In this document: positions 11,435-21,231 of the stretch, piece after piece
How the letters are laid out: the number at the start of each line of letters is the position of its first letter
Numbering within the stretch: position 1 is the first letter of the stretch
From: Cyanobacteriota bacterium
GTDB taxonomy: Bacteria > Cyanobacteriota > Cyanobacteriia > PCC-6307 > Cyanobiaceae
Length of the DNA: 38,073 nucleotides
NCBI GenBank assembly: GCA_046052125.1
Contig: JBJOMY010000010.1
Coordinates: 1 to 38,073 of the forward strand
Reading direction: 5' to 3'
Position numbers and translations under genes: made by a program
The notes under the pieces: model-generated
The model's database searches: none
Told to the model about the DNA's origin: nothing
Seen by the model: the letters and a program-made list of their open reading frames with translations, nothing else

Positions 11435-11902
11435 ATGTCACTGGCCCCGATCAACCTGAGCGAAGCCGCCCAGGACATGGCCAGCGGCGATTACGGCGAT
11501 CTGGATGCCCAGGAGATCTTCCTGGAATTCGCGCCCTATCTGCAGCCGCCCTACGTGCTGGCGGGCATCGGCCTGGCGATGGGCGTGCTCTGCGGGCTCA
11601 CCTTCGCCCGCCTGGTGCAGGAGAAGCTCAACGGCTGGAAGAAAGACCGCCTGGCCCTGCTGCCCCTCGGCTGCTTTGAAACCAACCTGAGCTACAGCGG
11701 CATCATCATCGGCATCACGCTGTTCATCGGCGGCAGCCTGCAGATCTTCGGTTTCGCGGCCGGTGCCGCGCTACTGGTGGCGCTGCTGCTGTCACTGGCC
11801 ACGGCCGGCGCCCTCTGGGTGCAGCTCGAGCGGCTGATGACCCAGGTGGAGAACGGCACGTTCAGCGCTGTCGACTTCGACAACTTCGACCAGTTCTTCT
11901 AA
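11435..11902 (+). CDS. Hypothetical membrane protein (3 TM)
   Basis: Three hydrophobic segments, acidic/aromatic C-terminus (VDFDNFDQFF); start may be 11477. Confidence 0.75.
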   Translation: MSLAPINLSEAAQDMASGDYGDLDAQEIFLEFAPYLQPPYVLAGIGLAMGVLCGLTFARLVQEKLNGWKKDRLALLPLGCFETNLSYSGIIIGITLFIGGSLQIFGFAAGAALLVALLLSLATAGALWVQLERLMTQVENGTFSAVDFDNFDQFF

Positions 11903-11905
11903 GGC

Positions 11906-12901
11906 TCAGGCCGCCAGATAGGCGCCCATCTCCCGGGAGAGACGGCGCATCTCTTCGTGGGCGCGGCGCTCGAGGCTGCGGGCCCGGTCGCGGCTCATCT
12001 CCAGCTCGCGGGCAATCGAACTGAGGCTCATCGGCTCCTCGATGCCAATGCCATAGCGCATCTTGAGCACGCGGCACTGCAGGTCCGGCAGCTGCTCGAG
12101 CAAGCACTGCATGTCGCTGCGCAGGCACTCCCCATCCACCAGCTCCTCGGGTTGAGTGCCTTCCGCTGCCAGCAGATCGAGCAGTTCGGTGTCGTCGCCA
12201 TCGCCCACCTTGGTTTCCAGGCTCACCGGCTGGCGGGCGCGGCAGAGCAGGTCTTTCACCTCCTCCTCCGGCAGTTCCACAAACTCCGCAAGCTCCGTGA
12301 CGGTGGGGGTGCGGCCCAGTTCCTGGCTCAGTTCCCGCTGGCCCTTCTTGAGCTTGTTCAGCGTTTCGGTGATGTGGATCGGCAGCCGGATCGTGCGGCT
12401 CTTTTCGGCAATCGCCCGGGTGATGCCCTGGCGGATCCACCAATAGGCGTAGGTGGAGAACTTGTAACCGCGGGTGGGATCGAACTTCTCAACACCCCGC
12501 ACCAGGCCGATCGTGCCTTCCTGGATCAGGTCCAGGAGTTCCATATTCCGCTTGGTGTATTTCTTCGCCACGCTCACCACCAAGCGAAGGTTGGCCGCCA
12601 CCATCCGCTCCTTGGCGCGCTGGCCGCTGCGCAACCGCTTCTTGAGCTGTTGGGGGGTGATGCCTGCCGCCTCGGCGAGCTCTTCATCGGTGGGATCGGT
12701 CCCACTGGCGCGGATCCTCAGCTCTTCGCGCTGCTCCTCGATCAGCATCAACTCCTGCACCTGGCGACCCAGGGTGATCTCCTGCTCATGGGAGAGCAGA
12801 GGCACCCGGCCAATGTCCCGCAGATAGGAGCGCACCAGATCGGTGCCGCCAACGAAGGCGGCTGCATCGCGATCGGAACGAAGCACCGGAAGCGAAGGCA
12901 T
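11906..12901 (-). CDS. RNA polymerase sigma-70 factor, cyanobacterial group 2 (RpoD/SigA family)
   Basis: [67 protein letters not shown]; no long region 1.1. Confidence 0.95.
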   Translation of the reverse strand: MPSLPVLRSDRDAAAFVGGTDLVRSYLRDIGRVPLLSHEQEITLGRQVQELMLIEEQREELRIRASGTDPTDEELAEAAGITPQQLKKRLRSGQRAKERMVAANLRLVVSVAKKYTKRNMELLDLIQEGTIGLVRGVEKFDPTRGYKFSTYAYWWIRQGITRAIAEKSRTIRLPIHITETLNKLKKGQRELSQELGRTPTVTELAEFVELPEEEVKDLLCRARQPVSLETKVGDGDDTELLDLLAAEGTQPEELVDGECLRSDMQCLLEQLPDLQCRVLKMRYGIGIEEPMSLSSIARELEMSRDRARSLERRAHEEMRRLSREMGAYLAA

Positions 12902-12911
12902 GCGGCGAAGG

Positions 12912-12943
12912 GGTTTACGAAACTCAGGTGTTTCGTAAACCTA
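12912..12943. promoter_or_regulatory. Perfect 12-bp inverted repeat overlapping an extended -10-like element upstream of the sigma factor gene
   Basis: GGTTTACGAAAC-tcaggt-GTTTCGTAAACC at 12912-12941; minus strand TGaTAGGTT with the hexamer at 12943-12938. Confidence 0.55.
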
Positions 12944-12987
12944 TCACCTTTCCACGGGGTCAGAATGCGGTCAGCAAGGCCCGCTCC

Positions 12988-13713
12988 ATGCCGGAGGAAC
13001 GGCTTCAGAAGCTCATCGCGGCCGCGGGGCTCGGGTCTCGCCGTCAGGCCGAAACGCTGCTGAGGGCGGGCCGAATCAGCGTGAATGGACGCGTGGCTCT
13101 GCTCGGTGAGCGGGCCGATCCTGAGCGCGATGCCATCAGCCTCGATGGCAAGCCCCTACGACCCGCGGCCCCGCCGCTGGTGCTGCTGCTCAACAAACCA
13201 CCGGGCGTGATGAGCAGCTGCAGCGATCCGGAGGGCAGGCCGATCGTGCTCGACCTCCTGCCACCGGAGCTGGCCCACGGCCAGGGACTGCACCCGGTGG
13301 GACGCCTGGATTTCCATAGTCGTGGCGCCCTACTGCTGAGCAACAACGGTGCGCTCACCCTGCAGCTCACCCACCCACGCTTCCAACACAGCAAGACCTA
13401 CCGGATCTGGGTGCGCGGCCAGCCCAGCCGCGAGGTGCTCGATCGCTGGGCGCGCGGCGTTCCCCTCGACGGCAGCCCAAGCCAGCCCGTCACGCTCCAC
13501 CGATTGGAGCAACAGGGGGATGCCACCCAGCTGCAGCTGGTGATGCATGAGGGGCGCAACCGCCAGATCCGCCGCACGGCTGAGCTGCTCGGGCATCCGG
13601 TGCTCGATCTGCAACGGGTAGCAATCGGCTCGATTGAACTGGGATCCCTGCCAGAAGGTCGCTGGCGGCGCCTGGATCGCCAAGAATGGCCCGAGCAGAA
13701 CTCCAGGCCTTAA
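12988..13713 (+). CDS. rRNA pseudouridine synthase, RsuA/RluB family
   Basis: S4 domain ERLQKLIAAAGLGSRR; LNKPPG; catalytic VGRLD; EGRNRQIRR. Confidence 0.93.
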   Translation: MPEERLQKLIAAAGLGSRRQAETLLRAGRISVNGRVALLGERADPERDAISLDGKPLRPAAPPLVLLLNKPPGVMSSCSDPEGRPIVLDLLPPELAHGQGLHPVGRLDFHSRGALLLSNNGALTLQLTHPRFQHSKTYRIWVRGQPSREVLDRWARGVPLDGSPSQPVTLHRLEQQGDATQLQLVMHEGRNRQIRRTAELLGHPVLDLQRVAIGSIELGSLPEGRWRRLDRQEWPEQNSRP

Positions 13714-14669
13714 TGCCCAGGCTTGCCTCAAGCATCTCCAGCCTCGGCCGCCTGTTCCGTCGCGGGGCTCTGCAGCAGAACGGCAGCGCCGGCGATGGCA
13801 GCCCGCAGGAGGATCCACTGCTCTCGATGGGCCGGCGGCTGCGACAGGAACGGGAAGCCCGTGGCCTGAATCTGCGCCAGATGGCCCTGGAAACCCGGAT
13901 CAGCACCCCGGTGCTCGAAGCGCTGGAGCGGGGCTGGCGCGATCGCTTGCCGGAGGCGGCCTATCTACGCACGATGCTGCCCCTGATCGAGCAGCGCCTG
14001 GAGCTTCCTGCCGGGAGCCTCGATCTAGCCCTTCCCCCGCAGAGCCAGCAACCGGGGCAGCGGGGAGCCGGTGGTGGCTTCCTGAAACGGTTCACCCCGG
14101 GCTCCATCGATGTGTTCAGCACCTGGCAGGGCGGCCTGCTCTACGGCGGCATCTGCCTGGGGCTGATCTACGCCCTGAACCTCCAACAGCGCCAACTCGC
14201 CGCAGCCAACCTGCTGAGCCTCAAGCCGGTTGCCCCCCTGCCGGCGGCGGAACAGGCCAAACCCGCCAACCCGGGCACCACCCTGCTCAGCGCCTACCCC
14301 GAGCTGCGTCCGCTACAGCAGGCGAGCCGCGGCCTGGGCCGCAGCGCCTTGAGCAAGCTCAACACCACAGCCGCTGAGGCGCCGCAGAACGGCGTGCTCG
14401 AGCTCAACTTGAGCCAGGCCAGCAGCATCGAGCTCCAGAGCGAGAGCGGTCAGCGCTCCCAACTCAACGGTGCCAAGGGGCAGCTGGTGTGGCAGCTCAA
14501 CACCCCTCTGCAGCTGAGCATCAGCCCAGCCCCCAAAGCTGGCGAGGTGCTCTGGAATGGCACCCCTCTGCCTAGCACCAACCAACAACCCGGCCGCTTC
14601 CGGCTCCCACTGGCCAAAGCCCAGCCGCTCAACGCTGGTAACGCTGCGCCATCTCCCCAAACCCCTTGA
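13713..14669 (+). CDS. RodZ-like helix-turn-helix membrane protein
   Basis: TAATG overlap with the upstream gene; GRRLRQEREARGLNL..ETRIS..LEALERG..LPEAAY HTH, one TM segment, beta-rich C-terminus. Confidence 0.8.
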   Translation: MPRLASSISSLGRLFRRGALQQNGSAGDGSPQEDPLLSMGRRLRQEREARGLNLRQMALETRISTPVLEALERGWRDRLPEAAYLRTMLPLIEQRLELPAGSLDLALPPQSQQPGQRGAGGGFLKRFTPGSIDVFSTWQGGLLYGGICLGLIYALNLQQRQLAAANLLSLKPVAPLPAAEQAKPANPGTTLLSAYPELRPLQQASRGLGRSALSKLNTTAAEAPQNGVLELNLSQASSIELQSESGQRSQLNGAKGQLVWQLNTPLQLSISPAPKAGEVLWNGTPLPSTNQQPGRFRLPLAKAQPLNAGNAAPSPQTP

Positions 14670-16116
14670 TCGGCCCCGCGAGCTGAGCGAGCTCGCCGCT
14701 GACACGCCAGCTCCAGTTGCCCTCGCTGGTGCCCGGAGTGTTGAAGCGCGCTTCATCGCCGAGTTGGAGCAGATCCTGCAAGGGCACCACGGCCCAGTCA
14801 GCACAGCTAGCTAAGGCCAGCTCCAGGAGCTGCCAACCGGGGGCATGCACCGGTCCGAGCAGCTCCTGCACCTGATGCCGCTCCCCATCGCTGAGCTGCT
14901 GCCACCAGCCAATGCAGGTGGCGTTGTCGTGGGTGCCGGTGTACACACACCAGTTACTGCCTTGGTAGTTCGCGGGCAGGTAGGCATTCTTGGGATCGCT
15001 GTCGAAGGCGAACTGCAGGATCTTCATGCCCGGTAGGCCATAGCGATCCCGCAGGGCCTCCACAGCGGGGGTGATCACCCCAAGGTCTTCCGCGATCAAG
15101 GGAAGGGGCTGCCCTGGGTAGCAGCGGCTCAGCTTGCGCAGCAGGCTCCCCCCCGGAGAGGGGCGCCAGCGGCCGTGCTCAGCGGTGCGATCCACGCCAG
15201 GAACGCACCAGGCCGCCTCCAGGGCACGAAAATGATCAAGCCGGAGCAGATCCACCAGGCTCAGCTGGCGCTGCAGGCGCCGAATCCACCAGCGGAAGCG
15301 GGTGAGCCGGTGCAGCGGCCAGCGGTACACCGGCGTCCCCCAGAGCTGGCCGGTGGCGGAGAAGTAGTCGGGCGGGACCCCGCTCTGCTGGCTGAGGCTG
15401 CCATCGGCCTGCACGGAGAACAGGTGGCGGTGGCTCCAGACATCGGCGCTGTCATGGGCCACATAGAAGGGCACATCTCCAATCACCTGAATGCCCCGGC
15501 GGCGGGCGTGATCGAGCAGCTGCTGCCACTGCTCCTGCAGCTGCCACTGCACCAGAGCCTCCTGAAGCAAGGCGTCATGGGCCTCGCGATCAAGGGCCTG
15601 CAACGCCGAGTGCTGCCGGCGGGCCAGGGGAGCGGGCCACTGCCACCAGGGCTGGGCGCCATGGCGCTGGCGCAACACCCAGTAGCGGCAGTGATCCACG
15701 AGCCAGCGGCTCTGCTCTTGGCGCCAAAGGGCAAAACGCTCGCGCTGCTCTGGGCTCCACTCGGGGTAACGCCGCAGCAGCGCTTCAGCGAGAGCCTGGG
15801 CACGCCGATCCGCGAGAGCCGGATCCAGCCGACTCGGATCAGCGCCGGCGGGAAGAGCGTCGCGATCCAGCGGCTGCAGCAAGCCCTCACCCACCAATTG
15901 GTCGGCATCAAGCAGCCAGGCATTCAGCGCGAAGCTGCTCGGGGAGCTGTAGGGCGAGCCGAGCGAATCGGGTGGCGCCAAAGGCAGCAGTTGCCAGGCC
16001 TTGATGCCGTGATCAGCCAGGAGATCCAGCCAGCTGTGGGCCACGGCACCAAAGCTGCCGCAGGCCGCGCTGCCGGGCAGAGCCGTGGGATGAAGCAGGA
16101 CGCCGGCCCTTCGCAT
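14629..16116 (-). CDS. malQ: 4-alpha-glucanotransferase (amylomaltase, GH77)
   Basis: AGVLLHPTALP, GDVPFYV..DSADVW, SGVPPDYFSATGQLWG, RLDHFR, IAEDLG, YTGTHDN, NTPGT..GNWSWR. Confidence 0.95.
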   Translation of the reverse strand: MRRAGVLLHPTALPGSAACGSFGAVAHSWLDLLADHGIKAWQLLPLAPPDSLGSPYSSPSSFALNAWLLDADQLVGEGLLQPLDRDALPAGADPSRLDPALADRRAQALAEALLRRYPEWSPEQRERFALWRQEQSRWLVDHCRYWVLRQRHGAQPWWQWPAPLARRQHSALQALDREAHDALLQEALVQWQLQEQWQQLLDHARRRGIQVIGDVPFYVAHDSADVWSHRHLFSVQADGSLSQQSGVPPDYFSATGQLWGTPVYRWPLHRLTRFRWWIRRLQRQLSLVDLLRLDHFRALEAAWCVPGVDRTAEHGRWRPSPGGSLLRKLSRCYPGQPLPLIAEDLGVITPAVEALRDRYGLPGMKILQFAFDSDPKNAYLPANYQGSNWCVYTGTHDNATCIGWWQQLSDGERHQVQELLGPVHAPGWQLLELALASCADWAVVPLQDLLQLGDEARFNTPGTSEGNWSWRVSGELAQLAGPIKGFGEMAQRYQR

Positions 16117-17330
16117 CAATCCGGGAGCCGATAACGGCTAATGATCCGGCGTGCAAAGGCCGGGATGTGCTCTTCCACCTTGTCAGGATGATTCCGGCGC
16201 AGCCACACCGCATTGCGGGTGAAGTGGGAATCGATCGAGAAGCGGCCGTATTCCAGGCCCTTCGGGCCAAAACGCTCCACGAAGAAGCCGATCAGATTCG
16301 CCACCCAGATCGGCAGCTTCACCGCCTTGTCGTAGGCCTCGATGCCCTGCTGGACCGCAGCCTGGCGCTGGCCGCTGCTGCTCACGGGCGCCACATCCAG
16401 TTCCGCCTCCACCAGATCAAGCAGCTGCTGACCTTTGGGGTTGCGCACCGTGAGCCATTGGCGCCCGAATGTCGCCCCCATGTAGCCCACCACCAGATCG
16501 GCACCGGCGTTGGTGTAGTCGAAGCAGCTCAGGCAGCTGGGGGCAAACACATCCTTGAGCTTCGGGGTGTCGAGCCCGAAGAAGGGCACCGTTTCCTCGC
16601 GGCCATCGCTGTGGCGGAAGTGGATGCGGAAGTCCTGCATGAACTCGTAGTGCACCACCGTGTCCGGTGAGCTCACCGTGCTCTCAAGGAACGTCTGCAG
16701 GCCTTGGCGCGACACGTTGTCCACGCAGGGGAGGCCCAGCACGAACAGCTCATCGAGCGGCAGGGTGGGCTGCACGGCGCGCAGCGCCTGGATCTGGCAG
16801 CCCACGCCGATCGCCAACAGCTTCTTGATGCCGCTGCCGGGCAGCTGCTCAAGCACCTCCAGATTTGGCGAGAGAGTGGGCTTATTCACCCGGGCGCTGA
16901 GCACCTCTTCGGGGGTGCGGGCCAGCCGCGGCACAGGCGTAAAGCGATCCTCCTCGCTCTGGCCCACGCACAGCACTGCATCCACCAGACCGGTTTCCAG
17001 CGCCCGCACACCGATCCGGCTCACGATGCCGGTCCACTGGGCTCCATCGATCGGCTGTTGCAGGCGGGCGGTGAGCATCCGCTGCTGCACACCGAAGTAG
17101 AGCTCGTCGTCGTTGTCGAGATCGCGGCTGCGGCCATGGGCGGCCGCTTCCATAGCGTCGAAACGCTGGTGGAGGAAGGCGCAGCTGTCCTTCACGTAGG
17201 CCACCCAGCGGCTGTCGCAGAGGCCGCACTGGCTGCAGAGATCCTTGGCGGGATAGGTGCTGCCCTTGGCCAGCGGCCTGGCGCGCTCATGGGGCGCAAC
17301 GGCGCCGGAGGAGGAAGCGGCGGAAGTCAA
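16116..17330 (-). CDS. bciB: Ferredoxin-dependent 3,8-divinyl chlorophyllide 8-vinyl reductase (FrhB-like)
   Basis: PAKDLCSQCGLC..CAF, GAQWTGIVS, GVGCQIQALR, LGLPCVDN, YEFMQDFRIHFRH, CLSCFDYTN..ADLVVGYMG, as in Slr1923; start uncertain (TTG 17330). Confidence 0.82.
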   Translation of the reverse strand: MTSAASSSGAVAPHERARPLAKGSTYPAKDLCSQCGLCDSRWVAYVKDSCAFLHQRFDAMEAAAHGRSRDLDNDDELYFGVQQRMLTARLQQPIDGAQWTGIVSRIGVRALETGLVDAVLCVGQSEEDRFTPVPRLARTPEEVLSARVNKPTLSPNLEVLEQLPGSGIKKLLAIGVGCQIQALRAVQPTLPLDELFVLGLPCVDNVSRQGLQTFLESTVSSPDTVVHYEFMQDFRIHFRHSDGREETVPFFGLDTPKLKDVFAPSCLSCFDYTNAGADLVVGYMGATFGRQWLTVRNPKGQQLLDLVEAELDVAPVSSSGQRQAAVQQGIEAYDKAVKLPIWVANLIGFFVERFGPKGLEYGRFSIDSHFTRNAVWLRRNHPDKVEEHIPAFARRIISRYRLPD

Positions 17331-17445
17331 CGGAGCCGAACCGGCATGGGGTCTGGCGTCACAACCTATCGAGCGTGATCCGCGGCAGGGCGGCAAACGC
17401 GCACAGCTCGGTCAAAGTGGAGCGATTGTTGATGGCTCTCCCGCC

Positions 17446-18354
17446 TTGGCTCCCGCCCAGCCACGCCCGCAGCGCCGCACCCGCGAACGGGCCGCCCTTC
17501 GCCTGCTGGCCGCCGGCTTGGGCCTGGCCACGAGCCTGGCCTTGCTGGGAGTGATCTGGCCGGAAAGCGATCGGGCCGTGCGCGAGCAGGGGCCACCGAC
17601 GGCCTCCGACCTGGCGGAACAGCCCAATCGGCCGATCAGCGTGCTGCTGATCGGCTCCGATGCGGATCGACCTGGCCCAGCCAACAGCGATGCCCTGCTC
17701 TTGGTGCAGGTGAATCCCGAAGGGCCGCTGCAGCTACTGAGCCTGCCGGTGGAAACGGCCGTGAAGCTGCCGGGCGACAAGCAACCCGTCGCCCTAGGCA
17801 GCCTCTACAAGCGCGGCGGCCCAGCTCTGGTGGCCGGCGCTACTGCCCAGCTGGTGGGTCTGCCCCAGGGCCAGCCCGATCGCTATGTGGTGATGCCCCG
17901 GGCCGCCCTACGCGATCTGGTGGATGGGCTCGGCCGGATCGAGCTCTCCCCCGACCGCAGCATGCGCTATTTGGACAAAACCCAGAACTACCGAATCCAG
18001 CTCGAGGGCGGTCTGCAAGTGCTGGATGGTCAACAGGTGGAGCAGCTGTTGCGCTTCCGCGATGAAGCCAACGGCGAAGAACGGCGCCGCGACCGCCAGC
18101 AGATGGCGGTGGAGAGCGTGCTCAAACAGATGGGACAGCGCCAACAGCTGCAGCAACTGCCGGCCCTGCTCAATCAGCTCCAACAACAGGTGGAGACCAA
18201 CCTCACCCAGAACGAAGCGCTGAGCCTGTTGGCCGCAGCGCTACGGCCGGGCGAGCGGCTGGAGTTCCGCACGCTGCCGCTGCGTCCGCCCCTGAAGCCA
18301 GGCAGCCCGCTCAGGCAACTGGATGCTCAGGCGCAGCGGTCCTGGCCGAACTGA
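17446..18354 (+). CDS. LCP (LytR-CpsA-Psr) family protein
   Basis: N-terminal TM, SVLLIGSD, NSDALLLV, LVDGLG, GLQVLDGQQVEQLLRFR, RRDRQQ; start uncertain. Confidence 0.85.
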   Translation: MAPAQPRPQRRTRERAALRLLAAGLGLATSLALLGVIWPESDRAVREQGPPTASDLAEQPNRPISVLLIGSDADRPGPANSDALLLVQVNPEGPLQLLSLPVETAVKLPGDKQPVALGSLYKRGGPALVAGATAQLVGLPQGQPDRYVVMPRAALRDLVDGLGRIELSPDRSMRYLDKTQNYRIQLEGGLQVLDGQQVEQLLRFRDEANGEERRRDRQQMAVESVLKQMGQRQQLQQLPALLNQLQQQVETNLTQNEALSLLAAALRPGERLEFRTLPLRPPLKPGSPLRQLDAQAQRSWPN

Positions 18355-18892
18355 GCTGCCAGCGCGCCAACAGATTCAGGCGCAACGCCGCCCGGGCCTG
18401 AGCGGGATCCATTGAGACAGGTGCCTCCTCCACGGGCAGGCACCCCAACCAGGGAAGACCATCGAGCCGCCGCTGCTCGGGTTGCCAGGGCTCTCCGAGC
18501 TGCAGCAGCCCCACCAGCGGCACGGCATCGGCGTTAAGCAGCGAGGCGTAGGCGCGGGCAGGGCCCGCTGCTGCCAGGGCCGCAGGCAGCTGCACCACAA
18601 CGGGCTGACGCCAGGCCCCAAGCGCTTCGCTCCAGCAACCCGGCCGCTCCAGGGCAGCACCGGGATCCACAGCCAGGGAGAGCAACCAACCGCCCGGCTC
18701 CTGCGCCAGGCCAGCCAACGCGGCGTTGGGATCGGCCTGCAGCTCTGCGCTGCAGGCCAGCAAACGCAGCCCAAGCAGATCAGCCAGGCGCTGACCTTCA
18801 GCCGCACTCACCCCCCCTGGCGCCACAAGCACCAGCCCCGCGGAAGGCCAGGCAGGCCGGGTGCTCGGACCGGAACAAGGGGAGGAGGTCAT
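18311..18892 (-). CDS. Hypothetical protein
   Basis: Protein-like ORF (WSEALGAWRQPVV..PLVGLLQLG..RRLDGLPWLG) occupying the space between LCP and prs. Confidence 0.65.
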   Translation of the reverse strand: MTSSPCSGPSTRPAWPSAGLVLVAPGGVSAAEGQRLADLLGLRLLACSAELQADPNAALAGLAQEPGGWLLSLAVDPGAALERPGCWSEALGAWRQPVVVQLPAALAAAGPARAYASLLNADAVPLVGLLQLGEPWQPEQRRLDGLPWLGCLPVEEAPVSMDPAQARAALRLNLLARWQLSSARTAAPEHPVA

Positions 18893-18962
18893 CAGCAATG
18901 TGAAGCCAGGGAACCGGGTGGCTTCTACGATCGGGGTTCAACCGTTCGCGCCAGCGGCCGCC

Positions 18963-19958
18963 GTGACCAGTTTCCTGACCGCAGAACGGGTCGATCAGGC
19001 GCAGGCGGCCCATGACACCCGCAGGCTGCGGCTGTTCAGCGGCACGGCCAACCAAGCCCTGGCCAGGGAAATTGGCGCCTACCTCGGCGTCCCCGATGGC
19101 CCGCGGGTGATCAAACGCTTTGCCGACGGCGAGCTCTACATCCAGATCCAGGAATCCATCCGCGGCTGCGATGTGTTCCTGATCCAGCCCACCTGCGCTC
19201 CGGTGAACGATCACCTGATGGAGCTGCTGGTGATGGTGGATGCCTGCAAACGGGCCTCGGCCCGGCAGATCACCGCGGTGATCCCCTACTACGGCTACGC
19301 CCGCGCCGATCGCAAAACGGCGGGCCGTGAATCAATCACGGCGAAGTTGGTGGCCAACCTGCTGGCGGTGTCAGGGGTGGATCGGGTGCTGGCGATGGAC
19401 CTGCACTCCGCCCAGATCCAGGGCTATTTCGACATCCCCTGTGACCACATCTACGGTTCACCGGTGCTGGTCGACTATCTAGCCGGGCGTGACTTCGGCG
19501 ATGTGGTGGTGGTGTCGCCCGATGTGGGCGGTGTGGCCCGCGCCCGCGCCTTCGCCAAACGCCTCAATGACGCCCCCCTGGCGATCATCGATAAGCGCCG
19601 CTCCGGCCACAACGTGGCTGAGAGCCTCACCGTGATCGGCGATGTAGCCGGCAAGACGGCCATCCTGATCGACGACATGATCGATACCGGGGGCACGATC
19701 TGCGCCGGTGCACGGCTGCTGCGGGAGAACGGCGCCACCCGCGTGCTGGCCTGCGCCACCCATCCAGTGTTCTCGGGGCCCGCGATCGAGCGCCTCTCCG
19801 CGCCCGGGCTGTTTGAGGAGGTGATCGTGACCAATTCGATCCCCATGGCAGAGGAGCGCCGCTTCCCGCAACTGCAGGTGCTGTCGGTGGCCAACATGCT
19901 CGGCGAAGCCATCTGGCGCATCCATGAAGAAAGCTCCGTGAGCTCGATGTTCCGGTGA
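18963..19958 (+). CDS. prs: Ribose-phosphate pyrophosphokinase
   Basis: FADGELYIQIQESIRGCDVF, PYYGYARADRK, DLHSAQIQGYF, VSPDVGGVARA, IDDMIDTGGT. Confidence 0.97.
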   Translation: MTSFLTAERVDQAQAAHDTRRLRLFSGTANQALAREIGAYLGVPDGPRVIKRFADGELYIQIQESIRGCDVFLIQPTCAPVNDHLMELLVMVDACKRASARQITAVIPYYGYARADRKTAGRESITAKLVANLLAVSGVDRVLAMDLHSAQIQGYFDIPCDHIYGSPVLVDYLAGRDFGDVVVVSPDVGGVARARAFAKRLNDAPLAIIDKRRSGHNVAESLTVIGDVAGKTAILIDDMIDTGGTICAGARLLRENGATRVLACATHPVFSGPAIERLSAPGLFEEVIVTNSIPMAEERRFPQLQVLSVANMLGEAIWRIHEESSVSSMFR

Positions 19959-21109
19959 GCAACGGCCAAACGCGGCGTTGGATCGCCGCAGCGCTGCTCA
20001 CCCTTTCAGCCCTGCTGCCTGCTGCCACCAGGGCTGAACAGCGCCGCATCGGGGTGTGGCTCACCAACAGTCCGAGCCCGCTCTATTACGAGCCGGGGCG
20101 CCTCGATCGGGCCGTCGCCGAACTGGCGAGCGCCGGCTTCAACACGCTCTACCCCAATGTGTGGAGCCGGGGCACCACCTTTCACCGCAGCCGCTGGGCG
20201 CCGATCGAGCCGGCCCTACTGCAGGCCAACAGCCGCCACGACCCCATCTGCCACATGACCAGCGCCGCCCACAGGCGCGGGCTGCGGGTGATCCCCTGGT
20301 TTGAGTACGGCCTGATGGAGCCCGCCGATGCCGCGGTGGTGCGGCAAAACCCGGAGTGGGTGCTGCAGAAACGCGATGGCAGCAGTGCTGTGCTGATGCA
20401 CGGCAAGGAGATGGTGTGGCTGAATCCCGCACACCCCGGCGTGCGTGAACGCTTTCTCGGGCTGATCGGGGAGATCGTGCAGCGCTGCAAGGTGGACGGC
20501 ATCCAGCTCGACGATCACTTCGCCTGGCCGGTGGAACTCGGTTACGACCCCTTCACCCGCGCTCTCTACGAACGGGAACAGGGAGCTCAACCGCCCGATA
20601 ACCACACCGATCGCACCTGGATGAGTTGGCGACGCCGGCAGCTCAGCGGCCTACTGCGTGAGCTGCGCGCCACCTTGAAGCGCAGCAGCCAGGGCAGCCC
20701 CTACGTGAGCCTGTCACCCGGCCCCTTTCGCTTTGCTTACAACCAGTGGCTGCAGGACTGGGAGCTCTGGGCCCTCGGCGGGCTAATCGATGAGCTGGTG
20801 GTGCAGAACTACGCCTATTCGCTCCAGGGGTTCGAGCGCGATCTGCAGCAGCCGGCGCTCGTGAAGGCCAGCGGCTGGGGCATCCCCGTGGAGATCGGCA
20901 TCCTCTCGGGCTTCGGCGGACGCACCACCCCCATGGCCAGCCTGAGCGAGAAGGTGCGGCTGGCGGCCGCGCGCGGCCACGGCGTGATTTATTTCTACTG
21001 GGAAGGACTCTGGGGAGCCCATGCCGGAGCTGAGGGGGGCGCCGTGCGCCGGGCCAGCCTGAAAGAACTACACAAAGGACTGAAATCCACACTTGATAGC
21101 GATCATTAG
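19955..21109 (+). CDS. Glycoside hydrolase family 10-like (DUF187/GHL10) exported protein
   Basis: Signal peptide; GVWLTN, GFNTLYPNVW, VIPWFEYG, WLNPAHPGV, DGIQLDDHF, QDWELW, VVQNY. Confidence 0.87.
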   Translation: MSNGQTRRWIAAALLTLSALLPAATRAEQRRIGVWLTNSPSPLYYEPGRLDRAVAELASAGFNTLYPNVWSRGTTFHRSRWAPIEPALLQANSRHDPICHMTSAAHRRGLRVIPWFEYGLMEPADAAVVRQNPEWVLQKRDGSSAVLMHGKEMVWLNPAHPGVRERFLGLIGEIVQRCKVDGIQLDDHFAWPVELGYDPFTRALYEREQGAQPPDNHTDRTWMSWRRRQLSGLLRELRATLKRSSQGSPYVSLSPGPFRFAYNQWLQDWELWALGGLIDELVVQNYAYSLQGFERDLQQPALVKASGWGIPVEIGILSGFGGRTTPMASLSEKVRLAAARGHGVIYFYWEGLWGAHAGAEGGAVRRASLKELHKGLKSTLDSDH

Positions 21110-21231
21110 ATTTCAAATCCCAGCGAGGAAGAGCGAGGGCGAGAAGCGCTTCTATCATTATCCGCTTATTGGATTTACGGATTAGCGAGAGATAGTAGAC
21201 AGCATTTGGTTAGAATAATCCAATTACGTTT

